From: Pseudomonadota bacterium
GTDB taxonomy: Bacteria; Bdellovibrionota_G; JALEGL01; DATDPG01
DNA length: 64,000 nucleotides
Direction: 5' to 3'
Assembly (NCBI GenBank): GCA_043809315.1
Contig: JAZDDX010000024.1
Span: 32,001-96,000, forward strand
In this document: piece after piece, positions 25,301 through 34,322 of the stretch
Layout of the letters: the number at the start of each line of letters is the position of its first letter
How positions within the stretch are numbered: position 1 is the first letter of the stretch
Translations under genes and position numbers: made by a program
Notes under the pieces: generated by a model
Database searches by the model: none
What the model was told of the DNA's origin: nothing
The model's input: only the letters and a program-made list of their open reading frames with translations

Positions 25301-27897
25301 CCATACACACAGTTTCTCCCGTCAAAGACCGATACTGTCTGGACCGTCTGGACCACCGGTAACCCGACCTGATTCCCGGGCCACGCGGTGGACGGCGTGT
25401 ACGAAATCTCCGTTTTTCCCCCGAGCGGTGTTGTGATGAGATGAATTACGTCCTTGGAGGCGTTGGATTGGAGAAGATACGTCTTGGACTGGGTAGAGCT
25501 ATGCACAGCTCGCCCGACCAGATCGGTCGTGCCTCTCCCTAGGAAGTCTCCCGCGCTGATCCGTTTGTAGTTGCTCGAAAAACTGTCGCCAGAGAGGGTT
25601 TGAATCTCGTTGCTGCCGATCACGCGGACGATATGGATCCAGGGATCGCCCACATCGGTGTTGGGAGCTTGGAGAATCGCCTCCGCTTTTCCGTCGCCGT
25701 TGACATCTCCCACCTGAATCGCCCGCTCGTGCCAGTAGATGTCGTTTGAAGAAAGAAGATCGACACTCGGAAGATTATTATTGCTCCCTTCGAAGACACC
25801 CCCCCCTTGGTTGGTCAGGAGATAGTTCCCGGATGAGAGAGTACTGGGAGTTTTCTGAACCAAGAGATCCAGAAGACCGTCTCCATTGAAGTCGCCCGGA
25901 ATTAAGTTGTGGTATTTCGGATTGGAACTCCCGAGCGGGTTCTCCAACACCTTCGAGCCGATCCCGCGAACGCCGATCAAAATTAGGTAACTGTCCGAGG
26001 CGCTTAAATTGTCCCAATCGCTTTCCTCTTTCAAGAGGATGTCGGTAACCCCGTCCGCGTTAAAGTCACCGGGGATCCATGCATGGGTCCTCCACGCTCC
26101 GTTCAACGAGGATCCCAGCAGGCCCGATCCGCTACCCACCTGAAAAAGTTTGTCACGGAACGTGTTCGACGGTCCGTTCAGAGCGAGAAAAACCGTGCCC
26201 GACCCACTCAGTCGCCCGAAAGACCTGTTTCGCACCAGGAGGTCGGTCCGGCGGTCGCCGTTGAAATCCCCCGTCACAATCTCCCAATTGAAAGCGTCCC
26301 AGTTCTCCACGTTGTTCGTGCACCAGAACGACGTGTTTAGCGGCTGCTGATTACAAATCCAGGCATCCCCATAACTGAATTGATCTCCCAGGTTCCAAAT
26401 GCTTCGGCTCGCGTCCTCCGCAGGCAGGAAAATGGTGTTGTCGCCCGAGGAGAGGAGAAGCCAGGGGCGAAAATCGGGCCCTCCGTCACAGTTCGGAATT
26501 ACATTTGCACCATCTATTGTCGATCGTGCCGGTTGGAGAAGGATGTCGGTCCGGCGGTCGCCGTTGAAATCTCCCGTAAGAATCTGCCCCGTCACTCCCG
26601 CCATCCATTTGCACCTGTTCATTCTTCCATCTTTGCAGGTGGGACAGGGATGCTCCGTGATGTCTCTCAATGTGAATCCGCCGTCGGGGGTCCCAAGGGC
26701 CAGGTAGGTCTTATCGAAGATCGAACTCTTGAGCAGAAGATCACTCCGGCCGTCGCCGTTGAAATCCCCCGTCGCCACTTGGCGGTACTCTCCTGCCCAG
26801 GTTCCTGGGGAACCGCCCGTGACATCCGTTAGAGACATCGCGCCGGTCTGATCGTTCTCGTACCACTCGAACGTCGTTGGCGGGAGCGTCGATCCGTCCG
26901 ACCCAACCTGGGTCACGGTTTTTAAAAGGGAGCGGCCGCTGACTTTGCTCGGGTCGTAGGTAAGATTGTACGTGGAAGCCGTGATTCCGTTGATCTTCAC
27001 GGTAACAGTGGAGAGTCTCCCCGCAGTGGTTAAAACCTGTGTTGCGTCGGTGAAATAGACAGGATCGGGACGGCTTGGATAATCACTTGGATAATCAAAA
27101 GAGACTTTGATCTTTGCGGATGGGAGCGCAAGGGTGGGCTGGGATACCCACTCCAACGGGATTCCATCGTATCCGACCTTCTGCAGTCCTTCCGTACAGT
27201 CGGCCTGATATACAACAATCGCGCCGTTCGGATGCTCGACCCGCTCCAGTCCCCACCGGAACGTCTGGCCGTTCTTTGCTCTACAAATGCTGTCGTAAAC
27301 AGCTTTGGTCCCATCCTTCCGCCAGACGATCCAGGTTCCGTAATCCTCATTCTTTTCCACGCGCTGAAACGATTCGTTCAGCGGGGAGTAATGCTTTTCG
27401 GAATTTCCTCCGAACGCATCTACGTTCTTGCAGGTCGGGCTTTTTGCCAGCTGGTCTTTGCAGCGGGAGAGGACTTCACCATCCAGATAGTAGACATCCG
27501 TAGCGTCGTACTGTGGCAGCGTATGCCACGGCCCTTTCCGTTCGATCGTGCTGTAGCCCGACAAAGACCAGCCGACGCCGACCGGACCGTTTCCGCCGGC
27601 GGAGTTATACGAAAGCGCCAGGCTCGGTTGAATGCCGTAATACGAAGGGACGGAGATCGGAACCGAGTACGAAAACGTTCCGCTGGAACCCGAGACGTTC
27701 TGAGCCACTTCGGGGAGTTTGTTCGGCATGTCCTTTGGGAACGTGTCTGGATCAACCCCCGTGGTTCCTGTCGTTCCCGTCGTCCCTGCTGTCTGTGGTG
27801 GGGGAGGAGAAGTTTCGGTGTTCGCTGGCACGGTTGCGGCATTCGAAACCGCAAAAGAGAAAAGAACGGCGACGGCGCAGATCGCAAGGGAATTCAT
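22384..27897 (-). CDS. Secreted SpvB / FG-GAP / TcdB-mid / YD-repeat (RHS shell) protein lacking the RHS-associated core
   Basis: RBS AGGAG before ATG 27897; signal peptide; SpvB-like PSLALSYNS.GGNG..GVGWSL; seven GDFNGDG-like repeats; many YD repeats; ends YDGNSQRLK...TTLYLEGGLVEIPQ-stop with no RYYDP or DPxG. Confidence 0.9.
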   Translation of the reverse strand: MNSLAICAVAVLFSFAVSNAATVPANTETSPPPPQTAGTTGTTGTTGVDPDTFPKDMPNKLPEVAQNVSGSSGTFSYSVPISVPSYYGIQPSLALSYNSAGGNGPVGVGWSLSGYSTIERKGPWHTLPQYDATDVYYLDGEVLSRCKDQLAKSPTCKNVDAFGGNSEKHYSPLNESFQRVEKNEDYGTWIVWRKDGTKAVYDSICRAKNGQTFRWGLERVEHPNGAIVVYQADCTEGLQKVGYDGIPLEWVSQPTLALPSAKIKVSFDYPSDYPSRPDPVYFTDATQVLTTAGRLSTVTVKINGITASTYNLTYDPSKVSGRSLLKTVTQVGSDGSTLPPTTFEWYENDQTGAMSLTDVTGGSPGTWAGEYRQVATGDFNGDGRSDLLLKSSIFDKTYLALGTPDGGFTLRDITEHPCPTCKDGRMNRCKWMAGVTGQILTGDFNGDRRTDILLQPARSTIDGANVIPNCDGGPDFRPWLLLSSGDNTIFLPAEDASRSIWNLGDQFSYGDAWICNQQPLNTSFWCTNNVENWDAFNWEIVTGDFNGDRRTDLLVRNRSFGRLSGSGTVFLALNGPSNTFRDKLFQVGSGSGLLGSSLNGAWRTHAWIPGDFNADGVTDILLKEESDWDNLSASDSYLILIGVRGIGSKVLENPLGSSNPKYHNLIPGDFNGDGLLDLLVQKTPSTLSSGNYLLTNQGGGVFEGSNNNLPSVDLLSSNDIYWHERAIQVGDVNGDGKAEAILQAPNTDVGDPWIHIVRVIGSNEIQTLSGDSFSSNYKRISAGDFLGRGTTDLVGRAVHSSTQSKTYLLQSNASKDVIHLITTPLGGKTEISYTPSTAWPGNQVGLPVVQTVQTVSVFDGRNCVYGGACNYPSVTEYSYEGGKYDFVRKKSLGFQKVIVRLPQTQQELASTEELPTYVETEYHQGFHSAGRPIATTYWQGYPRGTPLQETVYGYCELWGIYTWTTGGGGGFIQSATAPGSGGGSGGGGGTTVRYSDPYWSLFVPSDVRQWYFGKEASASSNPLTMTRTETIYDVCSNAGNFGNVLRQKDYGLWSQSLDNPADDQTTVYTYETKNNATTYRVDRAIKTEVMKGTTTLVGPISKAENAYFQEGEGDGKVGNIKSQKTYVYERNGDAWSVVKDTTRSFDYDVYGNLTKEVNELGFPTFHAYDKTYHLFLTCSVQNAYNLLSSLTPAMDPGDCDLYRPNPLSNFTKEGATNRGNIVATTIYKDLCGAPSSVKDPNGQETKTDYDGFCRETKVTDPFGEYQQTSYLNFGNPAIQHTKTTGPIPQAAPGKTNGRTWTKAYMDGFGRNYWTESGSSASGSKIIVSQTAYDSRGLARAKSRPYESGESPVYSFVLYDTLNRPIKLLYPDNANVRADYEYQPQSSSSLAFLKTTYWDEESHETSDIYDARGKIVTHTENLGTTALPVKYEFDSLGNLKKITDPTEKNVTETWFDSRGLLTRELDPDRGETNFTYDNRGQLTRAEDNQNQKVEYGYDPIGRKVEKKLFPDKNSSSYTGSRWAYDQQRSGYFNLGRLTQMVDPHGEELYNYDALGRLRTTNRKVGLTWYAFSQAYDKSGRVVLKDYYLGNIPFNYSYGYDPLGRMNYVSGAMESADYYADGQIKEQVYASPNPNKTTYEYDNARGWLTKICTQKKTEAKNTCSVQNLDYGRPNRNKEGMLTVRGPWRFTYDSLHRLTDAVYNGNTGDPNTEYYKYDSIGNLTEKKVGSLTRTMTYPSSGSAIPHAVKTVSGVSGTYGYDLNGNMTTHWDVAKNSPATIRYDVENYPVEHCKALLGTGEACPAGLGTTFTYDGNSQRLKLSTPTKTTLYLEGGLVEIPQ

Positions 27898-28033
27898 ACA
27901 GACTCCTTCTGTAGCTGGGAAAAATCTGAGACGTTCGAAACTTTCTTTCACGCAAGAGCTCGTTTCAGTTCGAACGGAGAAAGCGAACTGGATTATAGGA
28001 TGGTTCTGCTTCGACGCAAGGCGGAACTTGAGC

Positions 28034-28333
28034 CTAGATTTGGCTGCCGGTCGTCAGGCAGTTGACGGTGCAGCGATTCATGCAGGGGTCAAAGCGATTG
28101 TAATCATTGGCGCCCGCTGCACCCCCACAGGTATTGAAGCAAAGGGTGTCGCATCCCACCGCCGCCACGGGATCGGTAAGGAGGTTCTGGGGGAGAACTG
28201 CGGCCGGGGCGGATCCGCCCTCGAGAGAGTTGGGGGAAGGTGTGTTTATTTGGCTGCCACAGGCAAAGAGGCCAAGGGTCAAAGTTAGGGTCAACATCAG
28301 GAGCAGGATTTTTATGTTGGTTGCCTGTTTCAT
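28034..28333 (-). CDS. Small Cys-rich lipoprotein (CX3CX3C...CX3CX3C)
   Basis: Lipobox LFAC; CDTLCFNTC and CMNRCTVNC; purine-rich RBS; co-oriented upstream of RHS shell gene. Confidence 0.7.
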   Translation of the reverse strand: MKQATNIKILLLMLTLTLTLGLFACGSQINTPSPNSLEGGSAPAAVLPQNLLTDPVAAVGCDTLCFNTCGGAAGANDYNRFDPCMNRCTVNCLTTGSQI

Positions 28334-28353
28334 CTGTTCTTCCTGATGATAAA

Positions 28354-28370
28354 AGCAGGAACCATGCCAA
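28354..28370 (-). promoter_or_regulatory. Candidate sigma-54 (-24/-12) promoter for the RHS locus
   Basis: Minus strand TTGGCATGGTTCCTGCT = GG-N10-GC, about 20 nt upstream of ATG 28333, with AT-rich upstream DNA. Confidence 0.45.
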
Positions 28371-28610
28371 GTTAAAATTCATTAAAATCAAGCGGTTATG
28401 CGAGTTTCGAGCGAAAGCGACTGAACAAAAGTTTGCTCTTTATGAACTTCTTGCGCATCTCGGAATCTGTCCAGAATAAGCTGGTAGGCCAGCTCAGACG
28501 GTTCAAGAGCGACGGGAGTGTCCCATCTATTTGTCCGGAGAGTTAACGGTTGTCATATAAATGACCGATATCAAACGAAAAACTAAGTATCCATCCCGCT
28601 TGGGCGGGGT

Positions 28611-29396
28611 ATGGATCTTGCGACGCTACCTTTCGTGGTTCTTCGCGCGATCCGAGCACTTTTTGCCGTTTTCATCCTGGTGTTTTCATCTTCTGTCGGC
28701 GCCCAAGAAGTGCAGTACATGTTCGATTGTCACGTCTCTTTCCTGTCGCAATTCGCGGATCCGTTCACGACCGGTCGGCCGGTCTCCAACTACGTGCTCT
28801 ATCCCTCTCACTCGATTTGCATGACGTCGGGGAGGAGTTGGTGTCGCACGTTCGGGCGGTCCCAAATCACGGAGACCATTGCCGAGCATGAGGGTGTAAC
28901 GGTTCAAGTTTTGAAACAGGAGATGACTTGGGATGAGTATGCCCCGTTCATCTTCGTCGACTGCTATCCGGCCGCCGACCCGTCGAAGAAGTTAGTCGTT
29001 CCACCTCTCGGTGAGAAACCGTGGGAAGAGGTTCTTGAAAAACGGAGCAACGATCGTCAGACGCTCAAGCCACCGATCTTCGTTCCGCTTCCGTTTGGAC
29101 CGAACTACACGCCGGTTCTCGTTCCGGTCGATCGGAACAGCCCGACCGGTCGATTTCTTGTCGAATTGGAAGATGTGATGAACCGTGCTCCCAAGCCGGC
29201 TCTCGCACTGATCGCGTCGGCACTGATCGTCGGAGGGGTTGTTGCCGCCGTCGGGGTGGCCGGTGCGCCCGAAAGCGGGGGGACGTCGGTCGCCATCTCC
29301 GCCGCCTCCCTTGCAGCGACGGGCGCAGCAATTCTCGCGATCTGCGATATCTGGAAGATCCAGGTTCGCCATCGGGCTGCGTTCCAGCCTCTCTAG
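28611..29396 (+). CDS. Hypothetical exported protein with C-terminal hydrophobic hairpin
   Basis: Signal-like N-terminus (SSVGAQE), four Cys in N-domain, Ala/Gly-rich helices around GAPESGGTS. Confidence 0.55.
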   Translation: MDLATLPFVVLRAIRALFAVFILVFSSSVGAQEVQYMFDCHVSFLSQFADPFTTGRPVSNYVLYPSHSICMTSGRSWCRTFGRSQITETIAEHEGVTVQVLKQEMTWDEYAPFIFVDCYPAADPSKKLVVPPLGEKPWEEVLEKRSNDRQTLKPPIFVPLPFGPNYTPVLVPVDRNSPTGRFLVELEDVMNRAPKPALALIASALIVGGVVAAVGVAGAPESGGTSVAISAASLAATGAAILAICDIWKIQVRHRAAFQPL

Positions 29397-29433
29397 AATC
29401 GACGTTCGGATCACCCCGTGCTAGATCGAGGTC

Positions 29434-30009
29434 ATGCCGACCATTAAAGGAACCAAGACCGAGAAGAACCTACTCAAAGCGTTCGCCGGGGAATCGCAGG
29501 CGAGGAACCGCTACACCTATTTCGCAAGTGCCGCGCGGAAGGAGGGGTACGTCCAGATCGCCGACATCTTCGAGGAGACCGCCAACCAAGAGAAGGAGCA
29601 TGCCAAACGGTTCTTCAACTATCTCGAAGGGGGGATGACGGAGATCATGGCAACGTTCCCGGCGGGGAAGATCGGAAGCACCGCTGAAAATTTAAAGGCA
29701 GCTGCCGGCGGGGAGCACGAGGAATGGACGGAGCTTTACCCCGAGTTCGCGCGGATCGCGAAAGAAGAGGGGTTCCCGGGGGTGGCCAAGATGTTCGAGT
29801 TCATCTCGGTCGCTGAGAAGCAACACGAGAAACGGTACCTGGGGTTGCTCAAGAACGTCGAGAACGGGACGGTCTTCAAGCGCTCGACGAAGACCACGTG
29901 GCGTTGCCGGAATTGCGGCTACATCCACGAGGGTCCGGAGGCTCCGGGGGCCTGCCCGGCCTGCGCCCATCCGCAGGCGCATTTCGAGACGCTGGCCGAG
30001 AATTGGTGA
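29434..30009 (+). CDS. rbr: Rubrerythrin
   Basis: AFAGESQARNRY, EKEHA, EHEE...YP, EKQHE, WRCRNCGY...CPACAHP. Confidence 0.97.
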   Translation: MPTIKGTKTEKNLLKAFAGESQARNRYTYFASAARKEGYVQIADIFEETANQEKEHAKRFFNYLEGGMTEIMATFPAGKIGSTAENLKAAAGGEHEEWTELYPEFARIAKEEGFPGVAKMFEFISVAEKQHEKRYLGLLKNVENGTVFKRSTKTTWRCRNCGYIHEGPEAPGACPACAHPQAHFETLAENW

Positions 30010-30410
30010 AGAAGCTCTCCAACGTCCGGCTCCCCCTCTGTTCCTCGAGTGTTGCGGCCGGTTTTCCCTCCCCGGCGGAGGATTACATCGAAGGGAAGCT
30101 CGATTTAAACGAGCACCTGATCAAACACCCGGCCGCCACCTTCTTCGTCAAGGTCGCAGGCGATTCGATGACCGGAGCGGGGATCTTCGACGGCGATCTT
30201 CTGGTGGTGGACCGTTCCCTGGAAGCCGAGAACGGAAGCGTCGTGCTCGCGGTCGTGGGGGGGGAGTTCACGGTCAAGCGGTTGAAGAAAGGGAAGGGAG
30301 GGATCCTCCTGCTGCCGGAAAACCCCAAGCACCGCCCGATCGAGGTGAGGGAAGGGATGGAGTTTTCCATCTGGGGGGTCGTGGTTCATGTCATCCACCG
30401 CCTCGCATAG
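30006..30410 (+). CDS. umuD: DNA polymerase V subunit UmuD (S24 peptidase)
   Basis: VAAGFPSPAEDY, GDSM, FTVKRL; GTG start overlaps rbr stop (GTGA). Confidence 0.95.
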   Translation: MKKLSNVRLPLCSSSVAAGFPSPAEDYIEGKLDLNEHLIKHPAATFFVKVAGDSMTGAGIFDGDLLVVDRSLEAENGSVVLAVVGGEFTVKRLKKGKGGILLLPENPKHRPIEVREGMEFSIWGVVVHVIHRLA

Positions 30411-31665
30411 AACGGTTCTCGCCCTCGTCGATTGTAATTCGTTCTATTGCTCCTGCGAGAGACTCTTCGCGCCGCACCTGGAGAAAAAGCCCATCGTCGT
30501 TCTCTCGAACAACGACGGATGCGTCGTCTCACGCACCGAGGAGGCCAAAGAGCTCGGGATCCCGATGGGGGTTCCGTTCTTCGAGATCCGGGCGCTCGTG
30601 AAACGGCACGGCGTTCATGTCTTTTCCTCCAACTACTCCCTGTACGGTGAGATCTCTTCCCGGGTCATGAGAACGCTCTCGCAATTCACCCCGGAGATCG
30701 AGGTCTACTCGATCGACGAGGCGTTCCTCGACCTGACCGGGTTCCGGAACGTCGGTTCGTACGGCCACGAGATTCGCGAAACGGTTCGGAGACACGTGGG
30801 GATCCCGGTCTCGGTCGGGCTCGGTCCGACGAAGGTACTGGCGAAGGTCGCCAACAAGATTGCGAAGAAAAGGAAGGAACACGGCGGGGTTTTCGATTTG
30901 TGCGACGCCGCGAGCCGAGACGTGCTTCTCGGAACGGTTGCGGTCGGGGAGATCTGGGGGGTCGGTGCCCGAAGCCGGGAAAAGCTTACGAGGAACGGAA
31001 TCCGGACGGCGCGGGATCTGCGCGACGCCGATCCGCATATCGTCGGGAAACTCCTGACGGTCGTCGGCCGCCGGATCGCGAGCGAGCTTCGCGGGGAGAC
31101 CTGTCTCCCCCTGGAGACCGTCCGTAAGAACCGGAAAGAGATCTGCTGCGCCCGCGGGTTCGGACGACCGGTCCGTGAACTCGGGGAGTTGAAAGAGGCG
31201 ATGGCCAACTACGTCACGTCGGCAGCGGAACGGTTGCGGAAACAAGGATCCTCCTGCGAGCTGGTCACCGTCTTCCTCCAAACCGACCCGCACAAGGAGA
31301 CCGGCCGGTATTTCAATCAACGATCGACCGCCCTGTTGGCCGGCACTTCGGCCACCCACACCCTGATCACCGTGGCGGGGGACGCGTTGAAAAATATTTT
31401 CAAACCGGGGTTCGCGTACAAACGGACCGGCGTGATCCTCTCCGGCCTCGTTCCCGAGAAGAACGCCCAGTTGAGCCTTCTCAAGGAAGGGGAGGGGAAG
31501 AACCGTCCGGAGGTCATGAGGGTAGTCGATCGGCTGAACGAGCGGATGGGATCGCACACCGTCCGGTTCGGGACCTGCGGCGTCCGGCAGGAGTGGAAGA
31601 TGCTCTCCCGGATGAGATCCCCCTCCTACACGACCCGCTGGTCGGATCTGCCGGTCGCCGGTTAG
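30388..31665 (+). CDS. umuC: Y-family DNA polymerase V subunit UmuC
   Basis: LVDCNSFYCSCE, VLSNNDGC, YSIDEAF, SPSYTTRWSDLP. Confidence 0.96.
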   Translation: MSSTASHRTVLALVDCNSFYCSCERLFAPHLEKKPIVVLSNNDGCVVSRTEEAKELGIPMGVPFFEIRALVKRHGVHVFSSNYSLYGEISSRVMRTLSQFTPEIEVYSIDEAFLDLTGFRNVGSYGHEIRETVRRHVGIPVSVGLGPTKVLAKVANKIAKKRKEHGGVFDLCDAASRDVLLGTVAVGEIWGVGARSREKLTRNGIRTARDLRDADPHIVGKLLTVVGRRIASELRGETCLPLETVRKNRKEICCARGFGRPVRELGELKEAMANYVTSAAERLRKQGSSCELVTVFLQTDPHKETGRYFNQRSTALLAGTSATHTLITVAGDALKNIFKPGFAYKRTGVILSGLVPEKNAQLSLLKEGEGKNRPEVMRVVDRLNERMGSHTVRFGTCGVRQEWKMLSRMRSPSYTTRWSDLPVAG

Positions 31666-31681
31666 GGGGAAAACGGACCGA

Positions 31682-32977
31682 TCACTCGCTTCGTTCTTCG
31701 AACGCCCCCGCGACGCGGATGAAGATCAGGATCGCCACGATGGCGAGGAGCATGTGGACCCCCAGGACATACCAGACATATTCCGGGTGGCCTCCGTTCC
31801 GAAAATATCCGGATAGCGTCGTGTAGATGACGCCGCTCGTGAGGCCGCCGATCGCGGTTCCCAGGAAGTTCGATCCCATATAAAGTCCCGCCTTCTCCTT
31901 CGGGGCGATCCAGGTGATGTACTCCTGGATCCGCGGGGAGGCGGTCATCTCGCCGAAAGCAAAGAGGGCGATCCCGAGAATCGCGAGACCCACGCCCGCA
32001 TCTCGGGCGAATCCGATGACGAAGAACCCGATCCCCATCATCGCGAGGCCGGACAGGAAGGTCGGCAGCGCGCGGAACTTCTCGATCGTTTTCGAAACGG
32101 GGACTTGAAGAACCATGATGATCCAGCCGGTGTGCGCGATCGTCTCGCCGAGGATCCGACGAACCCCGTTTTCATCAGTGTGGGAGAGGAAGTCGGCGAC
32201 CGGAGCCCCGACCCACGTGCGGATGAAGTCGTAGAGGGCTGCGCTGTTGAGATCGCTGTCGAGATAGACCGCGCAAAGGTTGAAGAAGGCCCAGAACGGA
32301 AGCCAGAAAAAGACGCCGAGCATCCCGAGAAAGACGGCGAATTTAACATCGGTCAGCGTGCTCCCGATATCCCGGAGCTTTTGACCGAGCGTGGTCCCCT
32401 CCCGTTCCCGCGGAGGCTCTTTATAGAAGAAGATCGTGACCAGCAGCATGAAGAGGATCGCGACCGCCGCGGAATAGAAGGCGTAGTCCCAGGAGATGGC
32501 GCGCAGTTTGCCTGCCACGAGCGGGCCGAACGAGGCGCCGAGGTTGACCATCGCGTAGAAGATCCCGAACCCGAGCGTCTTGTTGGTCCCGTCGGTGACG
32601 CTCCGGACGGTCCCGGCGATGAGCGGTTTGAACATCCCGGCCGCGAACCCGATCGAGAGCATCGTGAGCGCGATCCCGGAGAACGATTTCGCGAGGATCA
32701 GAAAGAGAATCGTCGGGAGATAGGCGAGGTACGAAATGATCAACATCTTCTTGAACCCGAACCGGTCGGCGAACGATCCGGACAAAACCGGCACGGTGTA
32801 GGAGACTAAAAGGAAGATGCTCTGGATGATCCCCAGGCGGTCGCGGGAGAAGCCAAGCTGCTGCATGTAGATCCCGAAACCGAAGTAGATGCCGTAGTAG
32901 GCGAATCGCTCCAGAACCTCGATGGAGTTGGCAACCCAAAATACTCGTGGAAACGGTGTGCGCTTGGACGTCGACAT
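31682..32977 (-). CDS. MFS transporter, proton-dependent oligopeptide (POT) type
   Basis: EVLERFAYYG (ExxERFxYY), FYAMVNLGA, multi-TM. Confidence 0.88.
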   Translation of the reverse strand: MSTSKRTPFPRVFWVANSIEVLERFAYYGIYFGFGIYMQQLGFSRDRLGIIQSIFLLVSYTVPVLSGSFADRFGFKKMLIISYLAYLPTILFLILAKSFSGIALTMLSIGFAAGMFKPLIAGTVRSVTDGTNKTLGFGIFYAMVNLGASFGPLVAGKLRAISWDYAFYSAAVAILFMLLVTIFFYKEPPREREGTTLGQKLRDIGSTLTDVKFAVFLGMLGVFFWLPFWAFFNLCAVYLDSDLNSAALYDFIRTWVGAPVADFLSHTDENGVRRILGETIAHTGWIIMVLQVPVSKTIEKFRALPTFLSGLAMMGIGFFVIGFARDAGVGLAILGIALFAFGEMTASPRIQEYITWIAPKEKAGLYMGSNFLGTAIGGLTSGVIYTTLSGYFRNGGHPEYVWYVLGVHMLLAIVAILIFIRVAGAFEERSE

Positions 32978-33090
32978 AAGCCCCTTTCGTTTGATACGAC
33001 AAGAGTTAACAAGGGCACGGAAAGAAAGGAAGAAAAACCGGAATCCCCGAAAACTGGACAGCCATTCGGACCGGGCGTAGCCAACGCAAA

Positions 33091-34311
33091 ATGCGCCGCA
33101 GATCGTGGTCTCTCGGGTTGTCTCTTCTTTTCGTCTCGATTCCCATTTTCGCTCTTGCCGAAGAACAGCCGAAACCGGAGCCGGACCCGTTCGAGTTCCG
33201 GTTTTCGAACGGCGCGACGATGAAGCTTTTCGGCCGGTTCGAGATGCTCACCTATTACGATTCGACGACAACGGCGATCAGCGACTGGCTGGCGTACGTC
33301 TATCCCAAGGGGACGATTGCCGGGGACGAGGACTCGTTCAGCATGTCGGTCCGCGGTTCGCCGATCGGGTTCACTTTCGCGAAACCCGGATTTCTAAACG
33401 GAGCGGAACTCAAAGGACGCCTGGAAGTCGATTTCGTCGGTGGCTTCTCGACCGGAGCCAGCGGGGCTTACTCCCCGTTGATGCGCTTGAAACAGGCCTG
33501 GTTTTCGATCAACGGCGAACATCACTCGGTCCTTTTTGGGCAGGCGTTCGGTGTTTTCGGTCCGCTGTTCCCCGACGTCGGGAGCTGGATCGCGCTCGGG
33601 ACTTCGGGGAATCCATGGATCCGCCTTCCGCAGATCCGCTACACAGCTGATTATGCGCCGATCAAGTTCGAAGTGAGTCTGAACCGGCCGATGGGGGCGA
33701 ACGACGTCCGGGCGAACTCGCTCGACGACATCATCAGCGACGGGGAGCAGTCGAACCTGCCGTTCACGATGGCGAGGCTCGGGTTCTCAAGGAAGTTCTC
33801 CTCGGTCAGCTTGGATACCGGCATTGCCGGTGTCTACGGCCGGGAGAAGATTCGCCGGTCGGACGCGACCGCCGGGATCTCGGTCGACACGACGCTGCCG
33901 GTCTGGATGACGGTGTACGACCTTCTCGTCGGCTCGAAGTTCGTCGATTTCAAGGGGGAATTATTCATCGGATCGAACCTGAACACGTTCTACGCCGGCA
34001 TCTTGCAGGGGGTGAACGTCGGGAAGAGTTCGGCAAACGCCATCCACGCGTACGGCGGTTGGGCTCAAGTGACGGTGAAGCCGACGACTTCGTTCTACTT
34101 CAATCTCGGCGCCGGGATCGATAACCCACGGGACTCGAACCTGACCGGGGCCGCAAGATCGTTCAACCTGACCGGGTACGCAAACGCGAACTACAAAATG
34201 ACGCCGTCGCTGGTGGTGACGCTGGAGCCTTCGTACACGCGGACGGGGTACCTGGACGGGAACACGAACGGTAACGTTCGCGGCTTGGTTAAGACGGTCC
34301 TTTCGTTCTAA
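33091..34311 (+). CDS. Outer-membrane porin (DcaP-like)
   Basis: Signal peptide; EVDF.GG, MRLKQAW, R.PQIRY, GGWAQ, C-terminal Phe. Confidence 0.7.
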   Translation: MRRRSWSLGLSLLFVSIPIFALAEEQPKPEPDPFEFRFSNGATMKLFGRFEMLTYYDSTTTAISDWLAYVYPKGTIAGDEDSFSMSVRGSPIGFTFAKPGFLNGAELKGRLEVDFVGGFSTGASGAYSPLMRLKQAWFSINGEHHSVLFGQAFGVFGPLFPDVGSWIALGTSGNPWIRLPQIRYTADYAPIKFEVSLNRPMGANDVRANSLDDIISDGEQSNLPFTMARLGFSRKFSSVSLDTGIAGVYGREKIRRSDATAGISVDTTLPVWMTVYDLLVGSKFVDFKGELFIGSNLNTFYAGILQGVNVGKSSANAIHAYGGWAQVTVKPTTSFYFNLGAGIDNPRDSNLTGAARSFNLTGYANANYKMTPSLVVTLEPSYTRTGYLDGNTNGNVRGLVKTVLSF

Positions 34312-34322
34312 GACCGGTCCCG

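Noticed and set aside
27960-28030. Two hairpins upstream of the RHS shell gene (cagttcg/cgaactg and gttctgc/gcggaac) as a riboswitch
   Set aside because: No recognisable riboswitch consensus and no U-tract; would need an Rfam/Infernal search
29898-31665. umuDC as marker of a prophage or ICE
   Set aside because: No integrase, transposase, phage or conjugation genes or att-like repeats seen nearby
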